Source of the DNA: Octopus sinensis
Taxonomy: Eukaryota
Direction of reading: 5' to 3'
NCBI RefSeq assembly: GCF_006345805.1
Contig: NC_042998.1
Span: 37,572,001 to 37,636,000 of the forward strand
Length of the DNA stretch: 64,000 nt
Shown: in pieces, positions 1 through 12,765 of the stretch
How the letters are laid out: each line of letters begins with the position of its first letter
Numbering within the stretch: position 1 is the stretch's first letter
Notes under the pieces: generated by a model
What the model was told of the DNA's origin: nothing
Databases searched by the model: none
What the model saw: only the letters and a program-made list of their open reading frames with translations
Translations under genes and position numbers: made by a program

Positions 1-2699
1 TACCTTAGACAAATGAAGGTTACATTGTCGTTAAGCAAACGCAAATTCATTCGAGGGATATTATATATATAAATTTTAATTTAATGTTTCTTTATATATA
101 CATACATACATATATATATTATATATATATGTATACGTTTTAATTTAATGTTTCTTTATATATATATATAAATTATATAAATTTTAATTTAATGTTTATA
201 TATGTATATATATATATAGAGAGAGAGAGATGGTATTATTAAAATACCATCACAAGTGGTAAGCGAATTATCAACCGTACAGGCAAATTAATAAAATATA
301 TACATACAATATTAGATATGTGCATATATACACAAGGGTACCAAGGGAATATGATGACTAATCCGTATTGTTTATATATATATATAGAGAGAGAGAGGGA
401 GAGAGAGAGAAAGGCGAAAGAGCAGTTAAAGCCGACTTTCAACGTGTTGAATGGCCGTAGTTTTTAAAATATAAATAAGATAAAAGCAATCGGATTTTAC
501 TCCTTGGTATGAAAATGATGTAAGGCGAGCGAGATAGATGAAGTCTATTTCATTAGTTACTGTGGTCAATACAAAACTAGTTTCACAATTGATATATATA
601 TATGTATGTATGTATGTATGTGTGTGTGTGTACATGCACGCCAGTATGTCCTGACCTTTTCCTGCATTTACATAAAACAAATTTACTGGTATTACTGCTA
701 AGAAAAGACTTGTTATAAAACGGAAGTGCGGAGACACTTAAATCTAATGCAACGTGATGAGGTTGAATTTAATTAATGTTGATTTATGAGCATAAATAAT
801 GATTTCAAAGCTTCTAGTTTAGCTTAGGAAAGAAGTTTGGTTGTTTTAAGGAATATCTCTATTGAATTTATTTATAAGAGTCACTCATACTTTTATCAAC
901 CTTATCTAACCTGTTGGGGAAAATGTTATCATAAAGAATCGTTAGCAATATGAATGAAATATGCGTTTCTCTAATTATTGCCTGAGCTGACTTAATTCTC
1001 TTCCGTTCTTCTGGTGACAGAATAGCCGAAATCTATAGTAAATGTCATCTGGAACAAAATTTTCTCTGTTCTCATCGCTTGGAATTCTTTATTCGCGTAA
1101 AAAGGTTTCCATGTCACGTGAAATTCTCTTTTTAGTTAAAGACGCTATTTTAATATTTCATTCATTTACAGGTTTTAATCGTTCGATTACTAACATGCAG
1201 GAACACTACCTTTAAGGGTTTGTCACGACATTCAATTCAGCAATTATTTGATCGTCCACATAAAGGTCGAAATGTAAATTCGACATTTTCACAGTCACAA
1301 AAGATGCACAAACACACTCTAACGCTCACACAGCTATATCTTCTCTCTCTCACACAGACACACATACACACACGTGTTAACAAGTATTATGTAAAGAATG
1401 AAAACATAATTCATCACGGCATTGATAAATTTCTTGCAAGAAAGAAGGACTACTTCGCGACAGCGCGATAAGTTTAACCACTGAAGTAATAAGGAACGGA
1501 AAGTCGAGAGCCTAATCCAATTCACTAGCTTGTTACTAAATGTTCGTCTTTTACCTTTCGACGGATATTATGCCTGAATGTAAGCCCTGCCAAACTGTAT
1601 GAATATGTTATTAACAAATGGCACATCCATGGAAAGCAAACACGCCTCCTACTCGATCATTTAGCTTCCTACTTCGTCAAGATTAAGCTGTTAAGGCAGA
1701 GTATATTATCTGCTGTGATGAATGGTTTCTTTAATGAATCAAAATTTAATCAAAACATATCACCTCTTCCATGACTGATGTTTTCTCATTTTATACACAA
1801 TTGATATTGAACAAAATCATTTTATACCCAATACAGTATTTATCTGTTTTAACTTCTCTGAAATCTGTTTATCTTTTTTGTGTTTTTGTTATCTCCGCCT
1901 TCGCGAAGGCCAAGGTATTGTTTTCAGTTGTGTTTGTTCGTGAACAGGATATCTCAAGAACCGCTGGATAGATTCGAATGTTTGACTTCGTAATTGGCAC
2001 GAACCGATTAAATTTTGGGATAGATCCGCTACCGGATAAGGATTCTGGATTATTTTTTCCTGTATTTCTACTCAATTTTTGATAACAGTCGGGTTCATTT
2101 TTATTATTTTCGTTTGTGAGTGCAGTCGAGTTTATTTCAGATATTCTCATTTTAAAAATCATCGCTGGCTAATCGTTGAGATGATGTTGCCTTGGCGGAG
2201 GTTTGCTCTCCCTGAGTTCTCTTATTATTATTGCTGTCTTTCTGTTTTAACCATGTGATTATTTGTTTGCTTAGATCTTGTTGAAAATGACAATCAAATC
2301 TAATGTTTAAATTATTGTATACATGCAGGATGAAAAAAGAAAAACTAACCGTAAGCAACTGTCAGAGAGGAATAGAAAAAAAACCTGTAACCCTAAGTAG
2401 CTGTAGAACTAGAGAAAAACAAATCGTTTTAAACTAATGTTATTTGGACAATTGCAGGTGATGACACTGGGTATCTATTAGTTTTATTGACTTTAGCAAA
2501 GAAACAGAAGGGCGAGAAAATATAGAAGTACAAATACAAGATTGTTCAAGAATTGATATCGGAAAAAATATTATTTCGAGATGCAAACTGTACGGATAAA
2601 GATCACCAAATAACTTTATTTCATATTTATTTCATCATCTCGCTCTCTCTCTCTCTCTCTCATACGCCCAACACACATACACAGAGGTCCACATATACA

Positions 2700-2799
2700 N
2701 NNNNNNNNNNNNNNNNNNNNNNNNNNNNNNNNNNNNNNNNNNNNNNNNNNNNNNNNNNNNNNNNNNNNNNNNNNNNNNNNNNNNNNNNNNNNNNNNNNN
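2700..2799. other. Assembly gap (100 N)
   Basis: Run of exactly 100 N flanked by (CT)n/(CA)n/(TA)n microsatellites. Confidence 0.99.
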
Positions 2800-3772
2800 C
2801 CTGGCACTTGTTTCCCATTTTGAAGACTAGAACGATCAACTGAGAAAGGAAACCATCAAGAATATAGCCAGCATCTAGTGATCTTCTCCAGAGAATGGCA
2901 AGGGGGGTAGCAAGGTGGTGATATAAATATATATATATATATACATACATACATACATACATAGAGAGAGAGATAAACATATATATATATCATGATGTAT
3001 ATATGTATGTATACATATATGTATATACTTATACATATATGTATTACACACACATATATGTGTGTGACACACATATATATATATAGAGAGAGATAAAGGA
3101 GTTTTCGTCGGGATGACTCAAAGTAACGCATACATATACGCACATACATATGTACACATATTATTTAATAAACACTATCTATTTTATGAGCTAGGAATAA
3201 TTTCGTGCGATAAAGTCCACCCCGGCATTTTATAAAACGCCTGGTGGCTTTACGCAATCCTCTGGCAATCGGGCACAGCCTGAAGACTGCGAGAAAATAC
3301 CGGGCCTCTTATAAAATGCTGTCTCAGTTTTCTTTTTTCTATCGCATGAAACTATTAGCAGGTCATAGGTATATAATCTGTGTTCATTGAATAATATTTG
3401 TCCCTTTCCAGATGGAGTAGTTTTGTGTTCATCTTACGATCAAGGAACACAACACAATACATGTCTGTTTGTGTGTGTCTCTGTTTGTGTGTGCCTGTGT
3501 TTGTGTATCTGCGGTTTAATACGTGCATAAATGTTGATTCATATATTTAGATTGCTCCCTTTGACGCCCCGTAACTTAGCGGCTGAGGAAGAGGGTTCTA
3601 TACGATTTTTGGTGCCCTGGAATATCGCAGTTTTTTTTAAGGCTTATACCCTTGCATATTTGCCGTTATTTGATTAAGACCAGTAAAAGTAAGGTTACTA
3701 TTCAAACAGAATGGTATGTGTATGCGTATGTGTAAGAGACCGAATGAAATGAAGAAAAGCAGCAACAACTAC

Positions 3773-4375
3773 CTATCTTTTACTACCCACAAGGGACTAA
3801 GCACAGAGAAGACAAACAAGGACAGACAGACGGATTAAGTCGATTATATCGACCCCAGTGCGTAACTGGTACTTACTTAATTGACTCCGAAAAGAAGGAA
3901 AGACAAAGTCGACCTCGGCGGAATCGGAACTCAGAACGTAATGGCAGACGAAATACCTATTTCTTTACTACCCACAAGGGGCTAAACACAGAGAAGACAA
4001 ACAAGGACAGACAAACGGATTAAGTCGATTATATCGACCCCAGTGCGTAACTGGTACTTATTTAATCGACCCCAGAAGAATGAAAGGCAAAGTCGACCTC
4101 GGCGGAATTTGAACTCAGAACGTAGCGGCAGACGAAATACCTATTTCTTTATTACCCACAAGGGGCCAAACATAGAAGGGACAAACAAGGACAGACATAG
4201 GTATTAAGTCGATTACATCGACCCCAATGCGTAACTGGTACTTAATTTATCGACCCCGAAAGGATGAAAGGTAAAGTCGACCTCGGCGGAATTTGAACTC
4301 ACAACGTAGCGGCAGACGAAATACCGCTAAGCATTTCCCCCGGCGTGCTAACGTTTCTGCCAGCTCGCCGCCTTT
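3773..4375 (-). mobile_element. tRNA-derived octopus-type SINE (family A), head plus three tandem ~184-bp body units
   Basis: On the minus strand it starts GGCGGCGAGCTGGCAGAAACGTTAGCACGCC and has a B-box-like GAGTTCAAATTCC. The body (GGGGTCGAT..., GTTTGTCTGTCCTTGTTTGTC) occurs three times. It is flanked by the 16-bp direct repeat AAGCAGCAACAACTAC (3757-3772, 4376-4391). Confidence 0.9.
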
Positions 4376-4659
4376 AAGCAGCAACAACTACTACCGCCAC
4401 CACAGCAACAGCAGCGATAACAGATTAATGATTTCAAACACTCACAATTAAGCCTCACCATAAACAGCGTAAGAGCTCTTTGAAGGAGAGAAATTATTTA
4501 TAAAAGGATGAGCTGGCTGCACAGAATATTTACAATATATAATAATGAAATTCAATGAAGTGAAATACACTCCACAACCAACTGGCTGTTTTCCTTATGT
4601 CTTTTTACAGCAATGAGATTGGCAAAGCTTTTCTTCATCTTTATAACTGCTTCTTCACT

Positions 4660-5025
4660 ACTTACAGTATAAATCTATATATTGTGTATACACACATGCA
4701 TATATATATGTGCGTGTGTGTATACATATAAATCTATATATTGTGTATACACATACATATATATGTGCGTGTGTGTATATATACAAATGTATATATACAT
4801 GCATATATATATCTATATACATATGTATATATATATACATATATACATGTGTGTATATATACATATATATACATATGCATATATATATACATATATACAT
4901 GTGTGTATATATACATATATATACATATGCATATATATATATAGGTGTATATATATACACGCACACACACACTCACACACACACACATATATATATATTT
5001 ATATTTATATATATACTCACACACA
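4660..5025. repeat. Compound (TA)/(CA)/(TG) microsatellite
   Basis: Low-complexity dinucleotide mosaic; source of the Y/I/H/T/C-rich pseudo-ORFs. Confidence 0.95.
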
Positions 5026-6745
5026 CAAATGAACGTAGCGGTTCCCGATTAAACAATGCACCCTTCTCTACTTTGAAGACAAATATCGATGTGTCCACCC
5101 ATCAGAGAAAGAAATTAATATTGTTCTATTTTATCCGTATAACAAATTTGAATACTTTCTTCCACCTGAATTTGTAACAAAGATGGGTGTGTACGTATGT
5201 GTGTGTATGCGTGTGAACGAGAAATTTAATCGTCACTAATTGAGACTAAGGGTGCTCTAAACCTCTTAAAACTGAGTGAAAGAGCATTCTATATTTAATG
5301 ATAGGGGAGATAACCATCTCGTGAGCAAGCTTAGAAGCACCTCAGTCAATTATTTATACAGCAATCACTTAACATATCGCGGTTCACCTTTTTTCGCCCT
5401 CAGTATATCGTGGATTTTTCTGGCTAATATATGTAAATTTGTATCGCAGAATCATCGTTATATCGGGAGTTACTGGGGCAGATAGGTGTTTATATGTTTT
5501 AGATTTTAATTATTTCAGTGGTAAAATAAGCATTTTCACGCTTAAAAATTAATAAATAAAAATACAATTCTGCAGTGTATAACACAATAATGAAAATGTA
5601 TCAAAAGAAAATACGTAGTGTACTGTGGATGAATAAATAAAAATCGCGTATGGAAAAAGGAAATTCGGGAGGCGAGGGTGCGGTGTTGTTTTGCATTATA
5701 TAAATTTATACAAATTACAAAAATAATAAACAAAAATTATACAGTAAAGTACTGTTTGTACTTCGTGGATCTTCACGTATAGCGAGGTGTGACTTGGAAT
5801 GTAACACCCGCGATAGTCGAGTGTTTTGGAAATAAACACGTGTGTGCGTACACGATTTCTTCCGTTCTCTTGTCTGCAAACGGTGAAGAATACGTTTACA
5901 AAATGAATATTCAGTTACTATTTTAAATAATGGGTTTTATGAATTCATTTGTACATTATAGACTTGCAATTGTTTCTGATACACTTTTTAAGTGCGTTCA
6001 TGGTCCCGTTTACTTAAACGTAAGCAACCGTTAGAAATACTATCAATTTCAGTGACCACGCATCATGTGACAAATAAAAGAAAACAAAAATGAAAAAAAA
6101 TATAGAAAGAGAAACGAGGAAAAAAGAAAAGCTAAGAAGTTGAAGAGAGTGAGAGTAGTTTCTTTCCTCAAGGCCAACATTGCTTTTTCGTTTCAACTTT
6201 AACGCTACTAAATGCTTTGATGCTGGTTAACGCTATTTTATTTATTCCTGACTGCATATCAGACGGTCAGTGTACATTTTTGTACAACTAGATTTCACAT
6301 TATCAATGTTCTCCTAAATGTCTCTGCGTATACAGAGAGAGAGAAAGAAAGAAAGATATGTAGAGTGAGAGAGGGAGAGAAAGTGGGAGAAATTTATAGC
6401 GATGTAGATAAACACGATTAGGCTTCATATATACAAATCTTCACGCATACAATATTTCAATAGATATATATTTACCAATTTTCATCCTGATAAAGGAAGC
6501 CGTTTTACCTATATGCAACCATCTACTGTTTGCATGTCCATGTCTTTTTTCACATTCTATCTGCCAACTATATATACTACCACTATTACAAACAGCTGCT
6601 GATTGAAAAAAAAAAACAATGTATTCTGTCTTTAGATTTCAGCATTTTTTATACTCCAGGTAACAGTAAAATTATGCCTTTATACTTGTACATATCTGCT
6701 CCTATGTATATCCATAAGTACATATCTCTCTGTGTGTATGTATGT

Positions 6746-6797
<52 letters not shown>

Positions 6798-9700
6798 ATG
6801 CAAATGTATGTTTATATACATATATATGTATAAATATATATAAATGTATGTGTGTATATATATATTAGCCAGTGGTTCTCAGGAAAAAGCTAAAGAGACG
6901 CACAGAAGTAATTATAAAGAACAGGTGCTCTGGAACACGCGCCATTTCAAGAATCACATAATTGGTGAAAAGAAACGAGACAGAGTAATTCCATTGGATA
7001 CAGATAAAATTTCTGTGGTTAAAACTAATTTAACTCCAAAATTTCATTCTGAACACAGATTTTTATAAGCGTATGCACGACAGTAATTCTCTCTTGAGCA
7101 AATTTAAAGCAGTGTAATTGGCATGCACTGTGTATTTAAATTTGCTGCAAACAGAAAATAGGCCTGTTGCCGTACATGGTTATAAAATAAAATAAAATAA
7201 AAAGTAAAGGCGGGAAAAGATTTTTTCCGTGTTTTACATTGGAGAGTAGCGAACAAAAATAATCGACTTTTACCATGATATACTCAATACATTGACTAGA
7301 CACAGACGTTGAGATTCTCTTCGAAATACAATAAATAAGTCACAAGGCCTTGGTCGACCCTGAGCTGCAGTAAAAGGCACATAGTCAAGGTGCCACGCAG
7401 TGGGAATGATAATAATTAATTGAAACGTTGGGCTGATAATAATTAATTGAAATTAGGCAATTACTTGACTCCTGAACAACAATAATAATAATGATAAAGC
7501 AGTATTTAATGAATTCCTGCGTATATAAAAGGCAATTCATTCCTTCTTTCTCGTTGCATTCCCGTCAACTTTCCTACAATATATCGCGCATGTGTATGTC
7601 GTTCTGTTTCTGCACATAAACCGTTGACGTCTGAACCCTTATGCTTCTTTTCTCTTTTCCTCTCGGTGCCGATATTTGGGTGATGATGAAAATTAGAAAG
7701 TTAAATTTAGTAGACAATAATTATACATTTAAACATGGCATGATGGATTATTACAGAACTTCGAAAACGGTGCTTGACAGAATGAGGGATATGCATATGA
7801 AATTTTCAGTTCTTGAAATAAATTATAGAAATAATGCAGAACAGAAAGAATAAAGCAAACATCCTTTAATAACAAATATTCCAAAAGACCACATGAGCGA
7901 GCGTAAGTGCAAAACTCAGAGGAATTCACTTCAACAACTACATCATAAGATGCATAATAAAATACATAAGATACGTCAGTAGAATGCATAAAATTACACA
8001 TAAATATATTATGTGCTTCAAATGTATAAAAACAATCGAACGGATTAATATATAATGAAGAACCATATAAAGGAGAACACATTCGATCGAGTGTAGACTT
8101 GAACAAATCAAATACTGTAAAATAGCACAATTACAATCTGCATATCAGTAAGTCACTACAACTCCTTCATATATTCCGTCACATGAAATATTCTGTGTTG
8201 CTCAAATGAGTTTATTTGGGGGAGAGACATACTTTTCTAGTAATTACTTCAACGTATATCTGCAGTCGCCCCGATCTCTTATATTTCTTTTAATTAGTCT
8301 GTTCGGGCCGTGATATATAAATATGTACTTTTCAACGCAAATATCAAGAAAATCTACTTTAGATATTATAGGTCAGCGTGACCGAGAAATTTTAGTCGCT
8401 ACTAAAATTCAAAGGTACTTGGAAATATTTTGGAATTCCTCAAGGAATTTTATAATATTCAGAATAATTTCCGACAAACCTTTTTATGTCGTCAGATTTT
8501 AGATCAAAATCTGTTAAAATTACGAAACAAAATTATTGTTGATGGTCTATGCTTTGCGATATTACTTTTATAGATAATTTAAAGAGGTTCTATTAATAAT
8601 AACTTAAACTACTACACAAGTCTACTGAATTTTCTCACCTAAATATTTTTGTCGAGCAAATACGTTTCTGACTCGTTTTTCTTTTTTTATTTAACTTGAA
8701 TCCGGAATTCATATTCATTTTATCCCATGTTATCAAATTTTCCCTCTACAGACTAAGCTTTTATTTAAAAATATAGATTTACAGCTTTCTTTTCTCCATG
8801 CAAAAGGTGCTATCGCTGAATTACTACGAACCACCTTTTCTGGCGTTTTAAATGACGTAGAGATGGCAAGAAATTCTTTGTGAATAATTATTAGGCAGTA
8901 GATTCAAACTAAAATTTTAATGGAGATCGTAAAATTTTCTTCATCTCATTTGCTTTTAAAAAGAAAAGAAATGTAACCTTTGTATTTATAATTCATTATG
9001 AAATTAAAGATTAATATGAGAAGCATCAGACGATATACGTCCATGCTTAAAGAAATAGCTTGCTTGAATATTTTTCTCTTCTTTATTATTATTATTATGC
9101 TTGGAGATAAAAAAATTGGGTGTTCTATTAAATTTCATCTGAGATCCACCATTATGAAAAATCTCGTTATAATAATCCCTATTTACGGCTTTGAAAACTT
9201 TGATTTGATGACATTGAGGATTCGCGTTTGCAAATATTAGGAATAAATATCCTTGAAAGTTTGGGAGGATATATTTATACATGTAAAAACATCGAAAAAA
9301 AGGAAGATGGAAAATGTTTAATTAAAATGTCTGTCAAGACGGAATTCCTTTGTTCCTACATTGTTGCGAATGCAAGCGATTACATTACTGTGGTCGGAAG
9401 GTTTGCTACACTTTAAATGTTTAATATTACTAAATTTTTACAATAAATATAATTTACATTACAATATTTCTAAGAAAACTCTTGCGGTGGTTATTATTCA
9501 TCAAATAGGAACGTGATTAAAATAAAAAATAGTGTAAGCGTGTAAAAAAGAAAGATGTTTAAATGTTTCGACGTTTTAAATAATCTAAAGAGATTTCTCG
9601 GCGAATTTGGAATTGGATGGAAATACATTTTATCACTGAAACGATTACCACTGGAAACCTGCATTCATACAGTGGAAACCTGCACACACAAACGCACACG

Positions 9701-11224
9701 AAACAGACATACATAGCTGTATCTATGTATATTTTCTTCTTTTGTACGGTTCAGCCCAAAGGCTGTGGCCAGTGTAATCACCAACACAGCGAAGTTAACG
9801 TGTGTTGTGTGTGCGCGCGCACATATGTCGTATGTATTAGTTGAAGCGAGTGAGGAGAGAAATTTGAATGACTTATATTCTGACACAACAGTAGGAAGCA
9901 GTTTAATTTGAAGAAATAGAGCTCCCAGTGGAGCATTTGTCAAATTTGCAAACTGGATTTTGGGGTCGCATAGAGAAGCATTGCTTTGCCTGGGGAACGT
10001 TAGGGTCGACCGTAAGACGTGGTCAGTATTCGTTCGAGACTTAGTGAATTCGTTGGCTGAGGACGGCTCAATCTGTGTGAATGTCACCGTAAGTATAAGT
10101 ACAAGTTTACCACATGAGACATGGATATTGAAACGTGATTTAAGATATTGTGCTTTCAAAAAGGACTGCCTCACAATTACTGTTCATTTTTTCCCCGCTG
10201 ATTATATGTTTTCTCTTCAATGTCTACGCTTACATATTTATAGAATTATATATATTTTTTTTCAAACGTGGCAAAAGACCATTTCCAAGTTTAAATTGGA
10301 AATTGGCCTCGGGAATATTATGGAGACGATTCATTACACTTTTTATACTGAACATTTTTCTTGGTGATTTTCATTTTTAATAAACTAGCCACTGTAAAGA
10401 AGTGCGGTTGCAGACCTGAAATTACTATTGACTATATTAGTGAGTTGCAAAATAGAATTTATTATTTCCTTAGAATATTTTTATGGACAGGAGAGAAGTG
10501 TTGAAAATTACTATTCTCCTGGATGCTGCAAACCATCAATTGGTCTTTGTTCCCGTTGTATACTGAGGGAAAAAAATAATGAAAGGCAAATGTAATTGAA
10601 TGCGTCGTTTATTGTAATGAACTTGCAGAAAAGTCAGCGAAGCAGTAAATATTCAGTGCAAAACTTTCATACTTAGTAGGTTCTAGGTTTTCCTTTTGAT
10701 TGAGAATTGAAGCCATTTGCAGATGATGGTTTCTTGCTGTTTAAAATAAATGAATTGTCGAGTTCAAATAATATATAGTAATATTGTTGTTGATTTATTT
10801 TTCCTTTACTACTTTCTGGTATAGCAATGCCAACACAGGCATATAGACACGCAGACAGCATACCCATGCGTGTGCGTCTGTGAGTTTTTATGAATGTGTG
10901 TGTTTTGTGTATGTGTGTGTTCTAGTGTATATGTGTGTATGTACAAATATATATTTATATATATCCATAGATATAGAGGTATATGTAAATATGTGTATAT
11001 ATATATAGTTATAGTTATGTATATATATTTTTACGCACACTATATATATATAATCAAAATAAGCAACAAGGATATCCAGAGGTAATGCAGTACGATCGTT
11101 TCATGCAACTCAATTTAATTGAACAATGCAATCATTACATAAATTTAAAATGCAGAGCAATCCTCAGCTTCTCATAGACAGACAGAATTTAATTAGATTA
11201 GAACAGTTGGACACATTAGTATAA

Positions 11225-11611
11225 TCTCTCTATATATAAACGGCAGTTTGTCTGTGCGTGTTTCTGTGTGTCTGTTTTCTCGTACCCTCACCCTGACCAC
11301 GGCTTTCAACCGATTCTGATGAAACTTGATACACACATAGCCCAATGTCATAATTCAAAACTAACGCAGGGAAAATTTTGAAAAGTTCCCCCAGTTCTGA
11401 AAAAAATCGATAAATTCGACATGGGGTCGAGAATAAAAAAAAAACAAACCACAGACTGTCTAGGGGACGCAACTCAACCTTTTTTACTCTCAAAAAAAAA
11501 TTTACCATAATTTTTTTTCCATTTTTTTGCTATTTTTTGGCTATAACTCTCTAAAGATGCTTTATAGTTATTTCCCTTACAATCCTGAGCAACGCCGGGC
11601 GATACTGCTAG
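11225..11611 (+). mobile_element. Non-autonomous Helitron (HINE/DINE-like), ~387 bp
   Basis: 5' TC terminus (TCTCTCTATATATAAA...GTTTGTCTGT), internal CCGATTCTGATGAAACTTG motif, 3' GCAACGCCGGGCGATACTGCTAG terminus. Inserted between A (11224) and T (11612) without a TSD, the canonical Helitron A|T target. Confidence 0.85.
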
Positions 11612-12706
11612 TTATACCTAAAATCTCTATCTAGACAAAGAGCATGCTGCGTTCACACCAGCATAGAAGCTACTAAGGTATCAAGAAGATATACATTGTT
11701 ACAGACTCTGCCTGTCACTGATTTTTTTTATGTGGATAGTTTTAATTTATAGACTAGTTTATTAAATCCTTGTATATCTAAGGCTGGAAGAACAAAGGGG
11801 CAGTATCTATTAGGGGTAGCACTTTATTGATCTTGTGATTTAAAACCTATAATGCACCTCTTAGTTTATAATCAGTGCATAGGTAGCATGCCCTATATCA
11901 TTAATTTTCCTTCAGTTAATACTGGGTACCAGTTAATATAGATGCAAGCTAATTAAGTAAATAAACAATTTGTAGCTTTAAATATTTGAATTATTACATA
12001 TTTTCTATTAATCTTCTCTATTGGAGTTACTAAGTTGTGTATATACTTCATCATGATTTTAGGGATTAAGCTATTTTATATCCTTTTCTATGGTGTTTCT
12101 ACTCTACCTAATATTTTTTAATACTTTATAATTGCCTTCAGACAAACCTAAATTTTTGTACCCCTATACTTAGCTTATATAAAACAATATGGGTATCTTC
12201 ACAACTTAAAATTAACCTGCTTAGATTATAATTTAATTAATTTATAGTAAATTTGTTCTCTCACATCAATGATAAATCTTCCTGATAAACCTAAATTTTA
12301 ACTTTATACAAGAATGACATATTGTTTAAAATCCCTTTCTTAAATTGTTCCGTCCTCTTAATTTTGGTATTTATATTGGCTTTATACAAACAGCCCTTCT
12401 AATTAAGTACCCCTAAGAAACCGTAATATCATTTACGCATATCTATATTATACCTCTTAATTTAATATTAGTGTATAATTAGCCTGTCCTTTCAACAACA
12501 ATTATTCTTTAACCAATACCGGGTTTCAGTCCTGATTATAATAAGATAAATAAGTTAATTAAAAATTTTTTAGCCCATATTACTTAAACTATTATATATT
12601 TTCTATAAATCTTTGCAATTGAAGTTAATAAGGTATGGATATTTTATTATGGTCTTTAGTGATTAGGCTCTTCATTCCTTTTATAATTGTCTACCCTAAC
12701 TGGTCG

Positions 12707-12764
<58 letters not shown>

Positions 12765-12765
12765 T
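12707..12765. repeat. (TAT)n microsatellite
   Basis: About 19 perfect TAT units. Confidence 0.95.

Noticed and set aside
2148-2165. Programmed ribosomal frameshift
   Set aside because: The required shift is +1, and the TTTAAAA heptamer is out of phase for a -1 slip.
4658-5177. Long Y/I/H/T/C/V-rich ORFs here and at 15.9, 57.2 and 60.5 kb
   Set aside because: They are translations of dinucleotide microsatellites, open in several frames on both strands.
7641-8130. Overlapping 70-aa and 133-aa ORFs
   Set aside because: No recognisable domain, no convincing splice sites, and AT-rich chance composition.
9909-9911. Selenocysteine codon
   Set aside because: No redox motif around it and no SECIS I can identify; the exon itself is unproven.
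11316-11325. CTGATGAAAC as a hammerhead core
   Set aside because: No stem II between CTGATGA and GAAA; it is the internal motif of the Helitron.
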